From Bacteroidota bacterium (lineage in GTDB: Bacteria > Bacteroidota > Ignavibacteria > Palsa-1295): a stretch of DNA of 64,000 nt. Numbering within the stretch: the first letter of the stretch is position 1; every line of letters begins with the position of its first letter. Where the stretch lies: positions 9,527 through 73,526 of the forward strand of contig JAUZNX010000014.1 in assembly GCA_030706745.1 (NCBI GenBank), written 5' to 3'. Positions 61,193-64,000 of this stretch are shown piece after piece. The notes under the pieces are model-generated. The model did no database searches, was not told where the DNA came from, and saw only the letters and a list, made by a program, of their open reading frames with translations. Position numbers and translations under genes: made by a program.

Positions 61193-61909
61193 ATGAAAAC
61201 AGTTTCCTTCTCCCTGTCGATTCTGTGTCTAGGCATCTTGATTGGTTGCAGTAGCAGCACAACTCCGCAACCACAAACGTATATCGGTGCTTCAACAACC
61301 ATTGGCTCCGGCACCGCCAATTCCTGGGTCACCGTGGATGGCTCCGGCAACATGACGGCCATCGGTGTGACCATTTCCGATGCAGCGCTCGCCAGCTTGC
61401 CCGCGATGGGCATGATGTATGAGATCCCTATGCCGGCCGGTGTGACCACAATCCCGTATAAAAGTATCAGCCTTGACTATGCTACGATGGATCCAGCTCC
61501 CTACAATGTGCCACATCTCGACGCCCATTTCTATTTTGAAGATATGATGGCACGAATGAATATCATGCAAGGGATAGATACAATGATGCCAGGCGGAATG
61601 ATGCTGCCGGCAGGATACACTCGCATCGGTGAATGTGATTCGATGATGGGCGTGCATTATATGGACACCTCGGCTCCAGAGTGGCACAAGCAGCCATTCC
61701 ATTGCGCCTTCGTTTACGGCTTTGCCAAAGGCACGATGACGTTTATGGAAGCGATGTGTGACCAAGCATCCCTGTCCAACCATACGGCGCTCAGTGGAAC
61801 AGTCAAACCCATGATGATGATGAGCATGCCAATGTCGATGCCCAAAACCTACAAGACCTCATACGACGCCACGACCAAGACGACTAAGATTGAACTAGAC
61901 GGATTTTGA
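61193..61909 (+). CDS. Met-rich lipoprotein (DUF5602/TTHB210-like)
   Basis: Lipobox LIGC; PHLDAHFY, MMGVHY, FVYG...G.M.FME.M; 28 Met in 238 aa. Confidence 0.7.
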   Translation: MKTVSFSLSILCLGILIGCSSSTTPQPQTYIGASTTIGSGTANSWVTVDGSGNMTAIGVTISDAALASLPAMGMMYEIPMPAGVTTIPYKSISLDYATMDPAPYNVPHLDAHFYFEDMMARMNIMQGIDTMMPGGMMLPAGYTRIGECDSMMGVHYMDTSAPEWHKQPFHCAFVYGFAKGTMTFMEAMCDQASLSNHTALSGTVKPMMMMSMPMSMPKTYKTSYDATTKTTKIELDGF

Positions 61910-61939
61910 TGTGCGTATGGTAATTCTATTGTCCCGGTA

Positions 61940-63751
61940 ATGCGAAGCAATCGCCTTTCGTGGTTTCTCATTTGCCTTGCCGTCATTCCGTTTGTTTTTG
62001 TTCGCAATTTAATTGACCCCGCATTTACCACGCGCGCAATTTTGCTTGCGGTGTTTACGATCGCAACTTTCATCGCAAGTCGGGACCAGTCACTCCGGAC
62101 CTCCCCACTGGTTTGGATATGGTGTGTGTATGCCGCATTTTGTGTCGCCTCTATCTTCATCGCCCGCAATTCTGGTGAGGCAATCTATTCCGCCTCTCTT
62201 GCGGTGATGTATGGCGCATGGCTCCTTGCAGCAATGCAGAAAGCAAACGGTGAACTACTCCCCCACATTTTGCGAACGGTCTCGATAATTGGCCTCCTGG
62301 TGTCGCTTGTCTCTCTTCTGCAATTCTATGCGAGATTCGATTTCTTTCCTGGCGGAGAAGGCCCATTTGCCTCGATGGCCATGAAGAATCTCATGTCTTC
62401 CTTTCTTTTCCTGACGTTGCCGGCCACGCTTTATGGTACACTCTCGGAAGAACCTCGGTGGAAGCCATTTTGCCTTCTGACATTGGCGGCGAGTATGTTC
62501 GTCCTCCTCATCGCGCAGACCCGTGCGGTGTGGCTCGGATCGGTGGTAATGGCGAGCGTTGCGCTCGCGCTTCTGGCATTCTCCAGTCAGCGGAGAGCAC
62601 TTTGGCAAGAATACCGCTCGAGTCTTCGCAATATCGCAATGGTAGCGGTGGCTTGCCTTTTGGCGATCTTTGTCTTTAACATTGCTCCGCGGCATGGCTC
62701 GCACGCAAAGAGCGCCACGGAAAAGGCAAGCACATTCATCCACTATTCCTCCGACACATCATCCCGGATGCGGCTCACTGTCTGGAGCAAGTCCATCGAG
62801 ATGTTTCGCAATCATCCAATCCTCGGTGTTGGAGCCGGCAACTGGAAGATCCAACTTCCGTCTTACGGTCTAGCAGAATTTCCCCACTACGTTCAGGACG
62901 GAAGCTACCAGTGGACGGAGACTCACAATGATTTCCTTGAGCACGCGTGCGAGTCCGGGGTCGGCGGCGGATTGGCCTATCTCGCGCTCTTTGTGGCCGG
63001 CGTCAGTCTGGCAATACGTGCGGCGTGGCGAGCCCAGCCAGGAAACTCGCGCAGATCACTTTTGATGATTCTCCTCGCGGCAACGATTTCGGGTTATGCC
63101 ATCATTTCTTTCTTCGATTTTCCAGGTGCTCGCGTCGAGCATACAATACTCTTTCTGCTATGGCTGAGCATTCTTCCCAGCACTCGAGTCAAGGAGAAGG
63201 AGCAACCTCGGAATCGTTTGCCTCTTTTTGTTGCGATATTGCTCGTAATTCCGGCTCTCATGTTCTCAATCCAGCGATTTATTGCTGAACAACATGAGGT
63301 CTCTCTGCTCCAGGCACGACTCGACCAGGATTGGAATACCGAGATCGCGGAGTGTAACAAAATCTACGATGCGAAGTTATTATCGGTGGACGCACTTTCG
63401 ACTCCGTTATTGTACTATAGAGCGGAAGCCGAGTACATGCTGCAGGATTATCCTGCGGCACTTCGAGACAATTTGGAGGCACTTCGGGCGCATCCAAATC
63501 ACTTCTATACACTAAATAATACTGGGTCCTGCTACGTGAAACTTCGTAACTTTCAGGCCGGTGAAGTGTTCTACAATCGTGCGTTGGCGATTTCGCCAAA
63601 CTTTGAGGAATCCTTGCTGAACCTGACAGCCGTCAGTTTCAATCAACAGGATTATGCCCGGGCTCGGTCGTACCTGAATAAGTGCGACACGACACAACCC
63701 GGCTCCCGCGCGGCGATGTACGCGCAGGCATTGAATAGCCTGAAACATTAG
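61940..63751 (+). CDS. O-antigen ligase family membrane protein with C-terminal TPRs
   Basis: Multi-TM; QTRAVW, R..VW...F..HPILGVGAGN, HNDFL...E.G..G; TPR tail. Confidence 0.88.
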   Translation: MRSNRLSWFLICLAVIPFVFVRNLIDPAFTTRAILLAVFTIATFIASRDQSLRTSPLVWIWCVYAAFCVASIFIARNSGEAIYSASLAVMYGAWLLAAMQKANGELLPHILRTVSIIGLLVSLVSLLQFYARFDFFPGGEGPFASMAMKNLMSSFLFLTLPATLYGTLSEEPRWKPFCLLTLAASMFVLLIAQTRAVWLGSVVMASVALALLAFSSQRRALWQEYRSSLRNIAMVAVACLLAIFVFNIAPRHGSHAKSATEKASTFIHYSSDTSSRMRLTVWSKSIEMFRNHPILGVGAGNWKIQLPSYGLAEFPHYVQDGSYQWTETHNDFLEHACESGVGGGLAYLALFVAGVSLAIRAAWRAQPGNSRRSLLMILLAATISGYAIISFFDFPGARVEHTILFLLWLSILPSTRVKEKEQPRNRLPLFVAILLVIPALMFSIQRFIAEQHEVSLLQARLDQDWNTEIAECNKIYDAKLLSVDALSTPLLYYRAEAEYMLQDYPAALRDNLEALRAHPNHFYTLNNTGSCYVKLRNFQAGEVFYNRALAISPNFEESLLNLTAVSFNQQDYARARSYLNKCDTTQPGSRAAMYAQALNSLKH

Positions 63752-63776
63752 GTCTTTACAGTTGAGGGGAAACAAT

Positions 63777-64000
63777 ATGAGACGATTGATTCTCGGTATT
63801 TTCATCGTGGCAGTCGGAATTATGGCGTTTGGCTCTGGAGTTCGCGCCCAGACACTTCGGATCACACCCGATTCCAGCGCGCCGACATCTGCTCTCCAAG
63901 TCTCGATTGCAGGTGTAGGTACACACTTTCGGCCTACGGTCGGACTTTCCATGGTGGCAATCTCGCTCCAGCGCTCGGGCAGACCCTATGTTGTGACCTA
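63777..64000 (+). CDS. Exported protein, N-terminal fragment (truncated by window edge)
   Basis: GAGGGG before ATG; MRRLILGIFIVAVGIMAFGSGVRAQ signal peptide; open to the end. Confidence 0.7.
   Translation, partial: MRRLILGIFIVAVGIMAFGSGVRAQTLRITPDSSAPTSALQVSIAGVGTHFRPTVGLSMVAISLQRSGRPYVVT

Overview
Chromosomal window from an FCB-group bacterium. At least 7 proteins carry T9SS-type C-terminal sorting domains and promoters have the Bacteroidota TAnnTTTG element, so a Kapabacteria/Ignavibacteria-like lineage is inferred. Housekeeping genes include rsmI, hprK, tRNA-Glu(CTC), miaB and aconitase, alongside many large secreted proteins. Two loci stand out. (1) At 23.5-37.9 kb is an AraC-headed stress island: YceI, an AsmA/DUF748-like protein, a Ser/Thr-rich protein, a cupin, lmo0937, YtxH, OmpA, a T9SS-exported DUF3494 ice-binding protein, a 61-aa-repeat membrane protein, two receiver proteins and a sensor-less histidine kinase with 18 x 21-aa coiled-coil repeats. 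Four promoters in it share an identical 18-bp box (AATGTGTGAATGATGTAA), a second TGTAA 21 bp on, and TAnnTTTG exactly 61 bp from the box start. (2) At 58.1-61.9 kb, behind a sigma54-like site, lie a cupredoxin-like protein, a Cyc2-like monoheme cytochrome-porin, a diheme cytochrome c and a Met-rich lipoprotein, a candidate outer-membrane metal-redox conduit. No CRISPR array, rRNA, integrase or transposase was seen. All family calls are by motif recognition, without database searches.
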